Shown: positions 37,152 to 47,228 of the stretch, one piece after another
How the letters are laid out: every line of letters starts with the position of its first letter
Position numbering within the stretch: the stretch's first letter is position 1
Assembly (NCBI GenBank): GCA_030141605.1
Contig: JAQGDQ010000016.1
Coordinates: forward strand, 684,282 to 748,281
Direction of reading: 5' to 3'
Length of the DNA: 64,000 nt
Source: Tubiluchus corallicola
Lineage: Eukaryota; Animalia; Priapulida
Notes under the pieces: generated by a model
What the model saw: only the letters and a program-made list of their open reading frames with translations
Told to the model about the DNA's origin: nothing
The model's database searches: none
Made by a program: the position numbers and the translations under genes

Positions 37152-40100
37152 TGCATATGTATGTCAAAATTGAATAATCGGTGTAGAGTCTACAAAACAT
37201 CTGCAAAATATGTAATCAATAAACCAAAGTACCTTACACCATTTCAAATTTTCAAATCTAGCTTTTTTCAAGTTTTATTTAGCTCAATGTGTTTCACCTG
37301 TATTGTTCTCGTTCTTTTAAACATGCTAACGATCAGACTTTTTGTAATTCTTTATCTTGGTCACAAAACCTTTATGTTGGAGCTGTTTGTATGTGCCTTT
37401 TTTGACTTAAATAAAAGAATACCCATATGTCTCGTCTCATTTTCATCTTTTTTCGTTCTTGAAAATCTAAATGCATTGTTCTCCATACGCATTAAGGCAG
37501 CCCTCCTCAGAATGCCATGTAATCATCTTTTTAGATTAAGCACCAGCTGTATCTGCATTCAAAGTTCACTATGAATCAGAGGCTGTTCATCTTATCATCC
37601 CCAAATATTAATGGTTAATATAAATCTTTCTTCCTGCTAAATCCTCTCCCATATTGCAAGTCAACTGATACATGGCTTCGTATTTCCCCCTTTAAGTCTT
37701 CTCAAAGATGGCAAAACCAGTTTAAGCGGCAATAACTGTCTGTAGTAGGACCAATTCTGTGGTGATTTATAAAAACGTAGTTTTGTAATAAATCTAGAAA
37801 CCATCCTTTAAACTACCTGACCAGCCTTCTCGATTCCCTGGCTTTTTCATTTAATTTACTGTTGGGCAGCATGTTTTGGTTCCCACAGTATAACTGAAGA
37901 GTAGTTTTCTCCCTTGCTATTCTAAAACAATGTTTGAACTTGATTCTAATAACATAATTGCCACAACAATTTAAAATGTTCTTTTCTTCTGAATAAATTG
38001 TATAAGTTGTAAGAACTACGACTAAAACTGGTACAAAATACTGATAAGGCAGTTCTCACTTGGATTTAAACTCACAACCTGGCAATCAACTCTTAGTTAT
38101 TATAATCTTAATTGCAAGATTATTATTAATGGTGAGGCAAACCCACAAATAATTAAATTTTGATGCCAAACTTGCAAGACGGGAAGTGTGAAAAGGTTGA
38201 GCTACAACCTGGATTTGAACCTGCCACCTTCTGCTTATCCCCTCTTACACCGTTAGGCTATACTGAAGGCCAGCTCAACAATTTGCTACATTATTCTATA
38301 TTACTGTTATTAACTGCTGATTTACTGTAACAGTTCTACAAATCACTGGATTTTTCTTTTTCCTGCTGCTCCTACCCTCTTCCTTCTCTCTTCTCCCCCT
38401 TCCCCCTTCCCCCAGGAAGCAAAGATTTCAATTTGTTAGATACTTGTAGTACTCGTTGAGCATTGCCGAAGTTAAATCATTTCTTTCTATTATGAATTCA
38501 TGCGCTAGCCATTAAGGGACATACCCGTGTGTTTTACTTATGACATGAGCATCCCAATGATGCTCATGTCATAAGTAAAACACACGGGTATGTCCCTTAA
38601 TGCTTTTACAGCGTCACATCATCCTTTCATCTTGTTTTTCAGAGTCAGACTGCAGCTGTTTCGTACTGCAGGTAAAGGATGGGGCGTTCGTGCACTTCAT
38701 GATATTCCAAAGGGAACATTTATCTGCGAGTGAGATCTAGTTATTTATTATTTGTCATATGTCTTAAATTGTATGCACTTTGCATACATATCTGCATGCA
38801 AAAATTACATTTACTGTCCTTTTGTGAAGTTTTAGAAGTGGGAAATATTTTTCATTTTTTCACTAAATAATAAGTGGAATGAATTACATGTATTTTGCAT
38901 TTTGACACACGGTTGTGCTGTAAACTCACACTGGAGTGTATACAGAATTTGTCACTTTGGTAGGGAATGTCAAAAGTATATCATAATATGTTTTACAAAG
39001 GTTTGTGAATATACTCTTCTAACTGTATCAGTTGATTTAATATCAAAACTTACTTGAAAGTCATAGAAAGCAGTAACCAAAAAAGTGCAGACAGTGTACA
39101 ATAAAGCAGAACCAGTTTACTTGTAATCAAAAGTGCCAAATTGAAAGACGTTTTTAATTTTTATGCAGCTAGTACCACTCTTTCTTTTCTCTAATAATTC
39201 GTCATCTAAAGTTTAAAGGTAAAGGCACTAATAAAAAAACCTGGACAAATTGTAGCTTGGTTAACGAAAAAAATGAGACAGCTTTGGACACATCGTGATG
39301 CACAGTATCTGGCAACAAAGCATAAAGTAGCAATGACAATTTATCAACCAATCATGTTTTTTCCTTTGGCAGAATTTTTTACTTTATCGTGGGCTGTGCA
39401 GATCTTATCTAAATCTAAGGTTATGTACATAATGCAGTACATTTTTGTCACAGTTACAGAAAGTTTTGTTGTAATTTATAAAGAATTATAAGAGTTTTTG
39501 CTGGAAGTGACTATTTTTTTCATAATAATCCCAAGCAATTATTATTACATAATAAAAACATCCTGCATCATTTTGTCAAGTATGCCAACAACAGTCATTA
39601 ATAATTTACAAATGCAGTTTCAGTTGTTACTTCCATTTATATGTTACATTTGCTCAAAGCTACCGCAAGATAATAAGATTGGTCCAATGAGAATAAAGCA
39701 TTGTTGTAAAACATCTGCAGAAATATCGTGAGAGTTGGAAGACTTGTGACACAGTTTTGAATCAATTGCAAACTATAACACCTTGTTGTAAAACCGAAAC
39801 ACTAGCTAACATCTTTGCGTCAAGTAATGACATGTGGTTACCAAAATGCAATTAAGCGACAGTTAATGAGAGCAGCTAGCTGGAAAAGTTGCTAGAAATC
39901 GCTTCAGCTCATTTTACTTTGTGTTGGAGAAAATGTCGTGGAAATGCTGAATTAGCTCTCGAGTTTCCCGACGGCTTCAAAGCAGGTGTTTTCATTGTTA
40001 CCTTAATGCGCTGCAGGAGAAATGAAATAACCGTGGCATCAGCCATTGTAAGGTTGAAAGCTTCTATTCACCATAATTATGTTACGACTCATTTAGTCGA

Positions 40101-43100
40101 TTGACTTCGAAATTAATTATACTTTCTAATTAGCTTTTGTAGTAAAAATCATTCTTGCAAAGAAATTAGTTATGCTCAATGATGAATTAAACAGAAACAA
40201 TAGTCCAAAGTCAATTGTGTTACTAAAACTCTTCTTTACTAAACAGTCTTTTCTAGCTATACTTCAAACCAGAAGTTTAAATTGTCTATGTCTGTTAACT
40301 TGGTGTTACCATGACTTAAACAGTCATTATTAGTTATTGAAAAAATCTTTATCAATTAAATCAAAATCAGTGTACATTGCTTATATTTTTTAATTAATAA
40401 ACTCTTATTTAATCAGGAACTTGTAACCACATAATGTTAATAAACAGCTGACTTTTACAATCAAATACCAAACTAATTCCATACAAAAATCCCTATTTAT
40501 AGAAAATGCTACTGGGTTTACTACTGGTGACTTTTAATGCATAAAAAGTAATATTATTGCTACTTATACCTGTAGCTCATTTGTATTTTGATTTTGCTAG
40601 TCGAATATCACTTTGTAAATTCAGTGCACAGATGAAGGATTTCTTAAAACTGAACTCTCCGTGTATTAAAATTAATAGGCTCTAATCTCTTTCTTACGAC
40701 TGTGTTGCTTAAAAGTTTGCAAAAACATACTTATCACAAAATTCCAAATTTCAGATACATAGGTGAAGTGATCACTGACTCTGAAGCAGATATGCGTGAG
40801 GATGACTCATACCTCTTTGATTTGGATAATAAGGTGAGTAACAATTAGAAAGTTTACTAAATCATGATTGAACATGTTCAGGACACTGGAGTTCACTATT
40901 GAAACTAAATTCTGCATTGTTTTTATTATTATTAATCTTGATAGTGACCCCTGCTAAAGAGTAGAAATTTCTGAGATTTGGCTTTGTAGGCTTTGTACAT
41001 TCACATTTTTTCTCAAACGTTTGTTTTACTTTTGTTTGTGATGATTGAACAAATAGAACAATAGCTGCTTCTTTGGCTTGTTGTTTTAATTGCCAAGGGA
41101 TAAGATGTCTTAGAAATTAATGGAATCATTAATTTATGATAAAAATAAGTGAAAAAATTCTGTGGTCTCATACACGTTGTTAATGTGTATAATTTTTTAT
41201 CATTAATCTTCTTATTTTGCTTCCTATTTTCCTATTTAATTCACTGCATCACCTTCTTCAACAATTTTGGACTGTTACAAAAATGTATACTCAATTGAGC
41301 ATTCATTTGAGTGGGAAGTTGCCCGATTTGTGCACATTTTCGAGGATTGATTTAAAAAGCTGTGGGTACGTTGTATCTTACTAGGAGATACTAAACAGCT
41401 CTAGGAGAAAGCTGTTTCAGCTTGTATATCCTAAGTTTGTAATTAAGTTCACTTAGTTCACTCAGAAATATTTATTGGCTCAGTACATATTTTTATTCTC
41501 CACAGCCGCATGAGACTTAATTATTGCAAGTAAAAGTGTTAAGTTATTTCCTTTTAAACAGCTACCATAACTATGAGTTATGTACATTGTCCTTTATGTC
41601 CTCATGCATATTTATAAATATAAGGCGAAAAATATGAGGAAAATACATTAAAATTGAATTGATAGTGTGCATACTTACTATCCTGTTTTCATCCTATCAA
41701 ATTTTTCTCGAAATTTATGAAACAAATTTTGCTAAAGAAATCATTCAACTAACAAGTATCAGGCACCAATGTTGTATTTTTGTTGTACTTTTTTGCTGTG
41801 CATTTAGTCAAGAGATAAAATAAAAATTAAGAATCCAAGGAGTCCAGAAGAATAGCGTTCAACGTGAAATTAAAGCAGCTAAATTGATATGTCATGTAAC
41901 ACACCTCACCAGCCCCACCCTCATTACCACACGTAGCAATGATCTTGGAGGAGTGGCACTAACATTCTAGGGTTACTTTTTTTGTTATTTAATGTTGGCA
42001 CTGTGCCAAACTTTTTTTAAATACTTATTTTTTTTAATTGTTCAAAAGTATTTATTTGGTTAGTAATTGTAATGCCATTGATTTGGGTTTCTGTAAACGT
42101 TTTTGTATGTTGTATGTACTGCGAAACATGTAGTTTCATCAACTGATGAAACAGACGTCTGTAAATAAGCTAGAGTCTCTTCAAGGATTAATGACGATAT
42201 TTTTGATTTATAGTTAGTCATTCCTTCTGGAAATAAAAATGTAACCAGGCAAAAGATAAAATAACACCCCAGTCCAAAACGCTATATCAGAATATTAACA
42301 TGAACTTCAGTGTGTTCTCTGTGAAATCTTTGTGAAATGGTGCTTTTCTTATTCAGTACATTGGCACATTATGCGTCAATTTCTTGAATTGTTCTCTTTT
42401 TGGCACTTGATGCTAATTATATTTTTTGGTGCTATTGTTTCCTGAGATTGTTTTATTAGCTAAATCTCAAAATGTGTGAATCACCTAGCAGTTGCTGTCT
42501 GAGGGGAGTATATTTTCTTTAGGTAACCCATTCCTTTCAAAATTAAGACTGTTTTACTTGTAAATCAATGAGAAGTTTTCATTATTCTGATGGCTAATTT
42601 ATTTAGCTTTTATAATGTTGTTACAGTTGACAGCACATTGCTTTTTGCATTGTGTAACATTCTGTCTAATGTTTCCATGTATCTTTAATGTTTGTTTAAA
42701 GCAAACACAGCAACTGCACATAGCGTATTTGCCGTTCTTGTTTAGCATTATAAAAATCATTGCTGGTTAATCAGCAGTTGAATGCATGCCTGTATTAGAC
42801 ACACATGGTCAATTTCTTTACCCCACGATTCTGTAATTAATAATTATCTATTGCTTTATAGGATGGGGAATCATACTGCATAGATGCCCGTTACTATGGC
42901 AACGTGGCTCGCTTTATCAATCACCTGTGTGAGCCCAATGTTACCCCAATTAAAGCGTTCGTCGAGCATCAAGACTTGCGCTTTCCACGCATTGCTTTGT
43001 TTAGCAACCGCGACATCAAAGCCTATGAAGAACTCGGGTATGTTTTTATGTGAGAAAGCCAAAGAATTAACCAAAAAGTATCTTGCTTACTTTGTATTAT

Positions 43101-46100
43101 AACTACACTACATGTAAAAAGCTTATTTTAAATTTTGGGAGGGTTAACTTCTTCACAGTGTTTCCAAATTCTGATAGCCACAAATAATTGGGTCATTCAT
43201 CCTTCTGAATATTTGTTTCTCTGATTTTTTACTATATGATAATTTGTGATAATCTTGAATCATAAAAATGCATTGTTTGAAGGAATAATATTAGGGGGAA
43301 AATTGGTTCTTTTTTATAGTCTAAAAATATTTATATGCTATTTTTCAACATTCGTTAGTGTAATTGCTGTGATCATAAAACTTTGTATTTTAAGAGTAAT
43401 TTTTTTGGCTGGCATAGAATAAGGTAATCAGAAGACTTCTACATTTTTTCATTTTAGCATTCTTTTCCTTTTTCCTAGATATTTTGGTACATTCTTTATT
43501 ATATTCTTCTTACATTCTTCTGTAAGATTTCGAAATGGCTTCTTGGCTTTGTAAGCTTTTGTCAACAAATCCTGAAAAACAAAGTCTTATTGACTTTTCC
43601 GTTTATCGCGTGCAGATTTTATTTGTGACAATTTACCTTATATTGATTAGGTGTTCATTTAGAGCTAATGCTTCACCTGTCCTAAGCCAATCAAGCCTTG
43701 CTACATCTCTCTATTGATTCTGCTCGTGTCGCTGCTTCCTTAGAGATTACCTTCCTTGCAATTAGCCCAGAGGACAATAACCGTTTCCTTCCGGATTTCA
43801 ACCAACATTCATGTTACTAAGAGGGAAGTGCTTCACATCTGAACAGTTAATCAGCATTTGCAGCTGTTTGCAGCACATTTTCTACTAAAAACGAGTATTC
43901 TATGCAGAATTTTGTCTTTTATTCACGAGTTCATTTCATGAAATTTTACATGTGTAAAATAGCTAGAATTCCCCTTGCAGATTCAAAAGCTTTTGGTATA
44001 TGTAATCTTTACGTACTGCTAGAACTTATATTATATTATGTTATATAGTCTATTAGTTAATTACATTTTTCAGTTAGTTTTTTTAAATTAAAATTTTGTG
44101 TAGGTTATCAATACTTTCAGCTGTGTATGCAACATAAACAAGTTTGTTATGATCCTTGTAAATGTGCAAATCAATTTTGAAAATTTTGTAACGACAGTAT
44201 AAAAAATTGCTGTTTTTGTTAAAAGCAAATTTCCTTGAAAAGATAATTGAAAAATTGTCAATTTCAATTGAAAAAAATCAAACAGCAGTCTTTTATTGGT
44301 ATTAAAACATACTTCTTAGCCCAGTATTCCAGAATTATACTGATTTTAAAATGCCTAATTATTGTCAATTTGAGTTTTGAGATTGATTTATTTAAGGCAT
44401 CATTGGTAGTTTTTAGTTTCTTTGTAAATGGAGTTTTTATCACATGCACCTGCTCATAGTGACACTCTTATTTGTATATTTTGCTGCGTTGACGTCAGCA
44501 CTCACACGCTAAGCCATGCTGACAGCAGATTTAAATTAATTTGAAATTGATAATCTAAATGGCGTGGCAAGTCGGAAGTGTGTAAACGGGGTTCTGTGGG
44601 GAAAATTCAATACCATTTACTTTACGCACTGACATTTTTGTTTGCTTACCATTCATAATGGAACATTCGTGCTTTAATCTTTGGATAATGGCATCTTTTG
44701 GAAAGATGGAAGACATAGATATCTGACTAATTGTGCAGGATTAATGTAGCGATGACTGAATTTGCAGTGTATTTCTGTTGTTGTCTGTAAAAATAAATTT
44801 TCTAAAGTGATTTGTTAAACCCTATTTGTCATCTGCAAGATCAACTGCCGGGGTCAAGAACTCATGGAGTTTGAACAGAGTCTTGACTCATATTTATTCT
44901 GTTCTGTTTCACATTTTCTAATAAACATGTTCAAAACTGTTTGCATTGTGATTATGGCTGAACAGACTATACAGTTATCATTTGATTTAAGGTCTCTTTC
45001 TTGTTAAAGGAAAACCGAACCCAATCTAAAACTGTAGGTCAAAACAATCTATTCTTTAAAATATTGAAAAAGAACATATTATTTTTTCAAGAATGACTTA
45101 CGCGCAAGAATTATTTGTGTTTGTGAGCCTAATTCTTCGCTGTTACATGCATTTCGCCATTCGTTAGTTTGATGGGCACTAGCGCCTTCATTTCAGAAAC
45201 GTGTTGTACAAAAAACAAGTGCTACAATTTAGTGGTGTTCATATATAACATAGTGCTCACATTTGAGAGCTCCTGATTGAGCACAGCGGTAAATTTGAAA
45301 TTTGAATTTCAATTGAGAATTATGTTCAGTAGTGATGTCATCAATAGTTGGCCTCTCTTGCCGTTAACTAAGATGTTAATCTATTATTTAATTATCAGAA
45401 ATGCTTTTGCAATATGATTAGTGCTGAAATGTATACTTTTTACCGTACTTCAAAATGCTGTAGGATATAAAAATCATCCTGTTCTCCTTTAAAAGAGATT
45501 ATACCCTTTAACCGATGGCTTGCTTTGAAACAACCATTTCTTGAAATGGCTGTGCAGCTAATTCATGTAAACTGTAATCACCTCTTGCCAAATCATCGGA
45601 GAGTCATGGGCCCTCCTCTGGAGTTTCTTTCCTCGATCACGAACTGGGTTGACCTACTTATGCAGCCCTCATTTGATAATGTCAGCATTTCACTCCCTTG
45701 CCATCCACTGCCAATCCACTGCCTTACCATTAATGAAGTGACCATTGAAGCTTGGCTGCAAACCCCTATCTCGCCACTGACCACCCACATCTCTAACCAC
45801 TGCAACTTTACATGATCAACCCTCACGAGCTAGGTATCGGAAATCATTTTGTGATACAAGATTTGACATACATTGTGAGTGTTGATCATTTACTTTCAGC
45901 GACTAATGCTCTACACTGACAAACAAAGTCAGTTTCTCTACAAGCTTCGCAATCACTTATTTCCAAGGCATCCCCAGAATAACATATTTTTTCTACTGTT
46001 TTGTAGTTTTCTCCTGGTGTGCAAAGCAGATTTTGTTTTTTTAACCTTTGTAATGTGAAAACGAACTTATTTGGATCAAACTAACCTTGCTTGACATTTC

Positions 46101-46595
46101 GTGAATAATTTATTACAACAGGAAGTCACATTGCCAAAAACTGCCATGTTGCGCAAATTTTGTTTTTAAGCCCATTTTAATGTCTTTCTTTTTCTGTACT
46201 TTTTTAGATTTGATTACGGTGAAAAGTTCTGGATTATCAAATACAAGCATTTCACGTGTTCCTGTGGTGCAGAGAAGTGTAAATATTCAAAGGACACTAT
46301 TCAAACTACTCTCAACAATTATTACACAGCATTGGCCGATCAGGGCATAGATGTGTCCGACAAAATCCATTCTGATCACAAAAGTCTACCTCCTGAGGTG
46401 GTGTTTTCTGAGAACGTTTCAAATGGACCAGTCAACTGCAAAGGAGAATTATACGGAGAATCTCTGTCAACTGCTGCAAAAGTTGAACAGTTAAATGGTA
46501 TGGAAGAGCCTGTTTTCCTTGAACAAGAATCTAATAAGTCAGCAGTGGACCAAGCGAGTGCAGATGCAGACTTACCACAAGGAATGCAGTTATGA
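21655..46595 (+). CDS. EHMT1: Histone-lysine N-methyltransferase EHMT1/EHMT2 (G9a/GLP) orthologue (whole gene span, 22 coding exons, 4464 nt, 1487 aa)
   Basis: 22 GT-AG exons join in frame. Domain order: acidic disordered N-terminus, Cys-rich region ([13 protein letters not shown]), ankyrin repeats ([22 protein letters not shown]), pre-SET, SET ([24 protein letters not shown]), post-SET (CSCGAEKC). Probably co-orthologous to vertebrate EHMT1 and EHMT2. Confidence 0.96.
23488..23584 (+). CDS. EHMT1: EHMT coding exon 2
   Basis: [32 protein letters not shown]; phase 0/1. Confidence 0.75.
23699..23761 (+). CDS. EHMT1: EHMT coding exon 3
   Basis: [20 protein letters not shown]; phase 1/1. Confidence 0.78.
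23928..24046 (+). CDS. EHMT1: EHMT coding exon 4
   Basis: [39 protein letters not shown]; phase 1/0. Confidence 0.8.
24168..24859. mobile_element. Old hAT-like MITE
   Basis: TAGGGATGCAC start, degenerate GTGTATATCTA end, GATCC/TCCGG subterminal motifs; no clear TSD. Confidence 0.4.
25440..25556 (+). CDS. EHMT1: EHMT coding exon 5 (Cys-rich region)
   Basis: [39 protein letters not shown]. Confidence 0.92.
25895..26038 (+). CDS. EHMT1: EHMT coding exon 6 (Cys-rich region)
   Basis: [48 protein letters not shown]. Confidence 0.95.
26224..26408 (+). CDS. EHMT1: EHMT coding exon 7 (Cys-rich region)
   Basis: [33 protein letters not shown]... Confidence 0.94.
26566..26663 (+). CDS. EHMT1: EHMT coding exon 8
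   Basis: [32 protein letters not shown]; phase 2/1. Confidence 0.85.
27253..27399 (+). CDS. EHMT1: EHMT coding exon 9
   Basis: [48 protein letters not shown]. Confidence 0.92.
27517..27623 (+). CDS. EHMT1: EHMT coding exon 10 (ankyrin)
   Basis: [35 protein letters not shown]. Confidence 0.95.
27912..28034 (+). CDS. EHMT1: EHMT coding exon 11 (ankyrin)
   Basis: [41 protein letters not shown]. Confidence 0.95.
28492..28593 (+). CDS. EHMT1: EHMT coding exon 12 (ankyrin)
   Basis: [34 protein letters not shown]. Confidence 0.95.
28807..28911 (+). CDS. EHMT1: EHMT coding exon 13 (ankyrin, methyl-lysine cage)
   Basis: [35 protein letters not shown]. Confidence 0.96.
29328..29443 (+). CDS. EHMT1: EHMT coding exon 14 (ankyrin)
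   Basis: [39 protein letters not shown]. Confidence 0.96.
30627..30729 (+). CDS. EHMT1: EHMT coding exon 15 (ankyrin)
   Basis: [34 protein letters not shown]. Confidence 0.94.
30921..31027 (+). CDS. EHMT1: EHMT coding exon 16
   Basis: [35 protein letters not shown]. Confidence 0.92.
31463..31894 (+). mobile_element. hAT-family MITE with perfect 8-bp target-site duplication
   Basis: TIR TAGGGGTGAGCATT / AATGCTCAGCCCTA; TSD CTACACAT at 31455-31462 and 31895-31902; second copy at 18.4-18.8 kb. Confidence 0.92.
32360..32768. mobile_element. MITE-like element with ~50-bp inverted arms
   Basis: TTTCACAACTCTGACATTTCAACAT..AAGATGTCATAATCATA pairs with TATGATTATGACATCTT..ATGTTGAAACATCAGAGTTGTGAAA. 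Confidence 0.75.
32837..32984 (+). CDS. EHMT1: EHMT coding exon 17 (pre-SET)
   Basis: [49 protein letters not shown]. Confidence 0.95.
33729..33922 (+). CDS. EHMT1: EHMT coding exon 18 (pre-SET)
   Basis: [15 protein letters not shown]...WYDRHGKL...[26 protein letters not shown]. Confidence 0.96.
34862..35848. mobile_element. Kolobok-like non-autonomous DNA transposon with ~160-bp TIRs
   Basis: AGGAAAAACCAACCCTTG ... CAAGGGTTGGTTTTTCCT, flanked by TGAA and TTAA; arms ~34862-35025 and ~35690-35848. Confidence 0.8.
37117..37145. repeat. (TA)n microsatellite
   Basis: Pure TA run. Confidence 0.9.
38107..38290 (-). mobile_element. tRNA-related interspersed repeat (SINE-like), copy 3
   Basis: Reverse complement reads TAGCCTAACGG...AAGCAGAAGGTGGCAGGTTCAAATCCAGGTTGTAG...CAAGTTTGGCATCAAAATTTAATT. 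Confidence 0.65.
38510..38602. repeat. Perfect 44-bp inverted repeat with 5-nt loop
   Basis: 38510-38553 is the exact reverse complement of 38559-38602; loop CCAAT. Confidence 0.97.
38643..38729 (+). CDS. EHMT1: EHMT coding exon 19 (SET)
   Basis: [29 protein letters not shown]. Confidence 0.96.
40755..40833 (+). CDS. EHMT1: EHMT coding exon 20 (SET)
   Basis: [26 protein letters not shown]. Confidence 0.96.
42862..43037 (+). CDS. EHMT1: EHMT coding exon 21 (SET)
   Basis: [59 protein letters not shown]. Confidence 0.97.
45008..45488 (+). mobile_element. TTAA-flanked Kolobok-like MITE, copy 1
   Basis: TTAA|AGGAAAACCG ... CTGTTCTCCT|TTAA; end-to-end homologue at 63325-63942. Confidence 0.85.
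46208..46595 (+). CDS. EHMT1: EHMT coding exon 22 (SET end, post-SET, acidic tail)
   Basis: [27 protein letters not shown]...PQGMQL*. Confidence 0.95.
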
Positions 46596-47062
46596 GCTTC
46601 TTGTCTGATAGTAACTTATTGATTGGTGTTCGGGTTTTGTGTACAGCTTTTTTCTTGCTTTAAGTTTTTTGAGGGTTTTAGAGTATTTGACATTCAGTTT
46701 GTTTTTTCTGTTCATATTATGTCATTTTTTATTTGCACCCATTTCCGATTTGCAAAGAATAATTAAGGAAATAAATTAGCTGTTTAAGGGGTTTTTGAAT
46801 TCAAATACTAAAACCATTGTAATAAAGAACATTATGATTTTGTTTTGTGCATTTTATGGCCTCACTTTCTTGTAAATATTAACTTCCTGCCTCATCCTGC
46901 TCTTATTATAGATTTTTATACGATTCAATTAAACTACAATCATGTATTATCCCATCATGGTCTTTTACATTTGGTGTTTTTTATGTTCAACATTTTGATT
47001 TGATTTTTATTATTATCATTAACATGCTATAACCGTGCACTTTTTGGATGATATTTATCGAC

Positions 47063-47130
47063 AATAAACAGAATAAATAGTGCAATGTAGTTGTAATTAA
47101 ATTAAATTAATTTCATTTGTTGTTTTTGTC
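47063..47130 (+). terminator. Candidate EHMT polyadenylation signal region
   Basis: Tandem AATAAA at 47063 and 47072 followed by a T/GT-rich tract at 47111-47130; weaker alternatives at 46770 and 46821. Confidence 0.45.
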
Positions 47131-47207
47131 CAGCTCATAGATGCATTTTAAACGCTATAAAAATTTAGTATGCTTACACTACGTTATTGAAATAACGTTT
47201 ACTGAAT

Positions 47208-47228
47208 TATATATATATATATATATAT
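47208..47228. repeat. (TA)n microsatellite
   Basis: TA run. Confidence 0.85.

Noticed and set aside
37161-37990. 137-aa plus ORF and possible minus-strand LINE tail
   Set aside because: The ORF is hydrophobic with intron-like composition, and I could not recover convincing RT motifs on the other strand.
42871-43102. Alternative-frame and antisense ORFs over exon 21
   Set aside because: Shadows of the SET-domain coding exon.
45525-45826. Overlapping 96-aa and 77-aa ORFs in a GC-richer intronic patch
   Set aside because: No recognisable domain or splice context; probably a TE fragment.
46209-46217. Possible change at the SET F/Y product-specificity switch
   Set aside because: The sequence is G-F-D-Y, the same as canonical G9a/GLP; nothing unusual.
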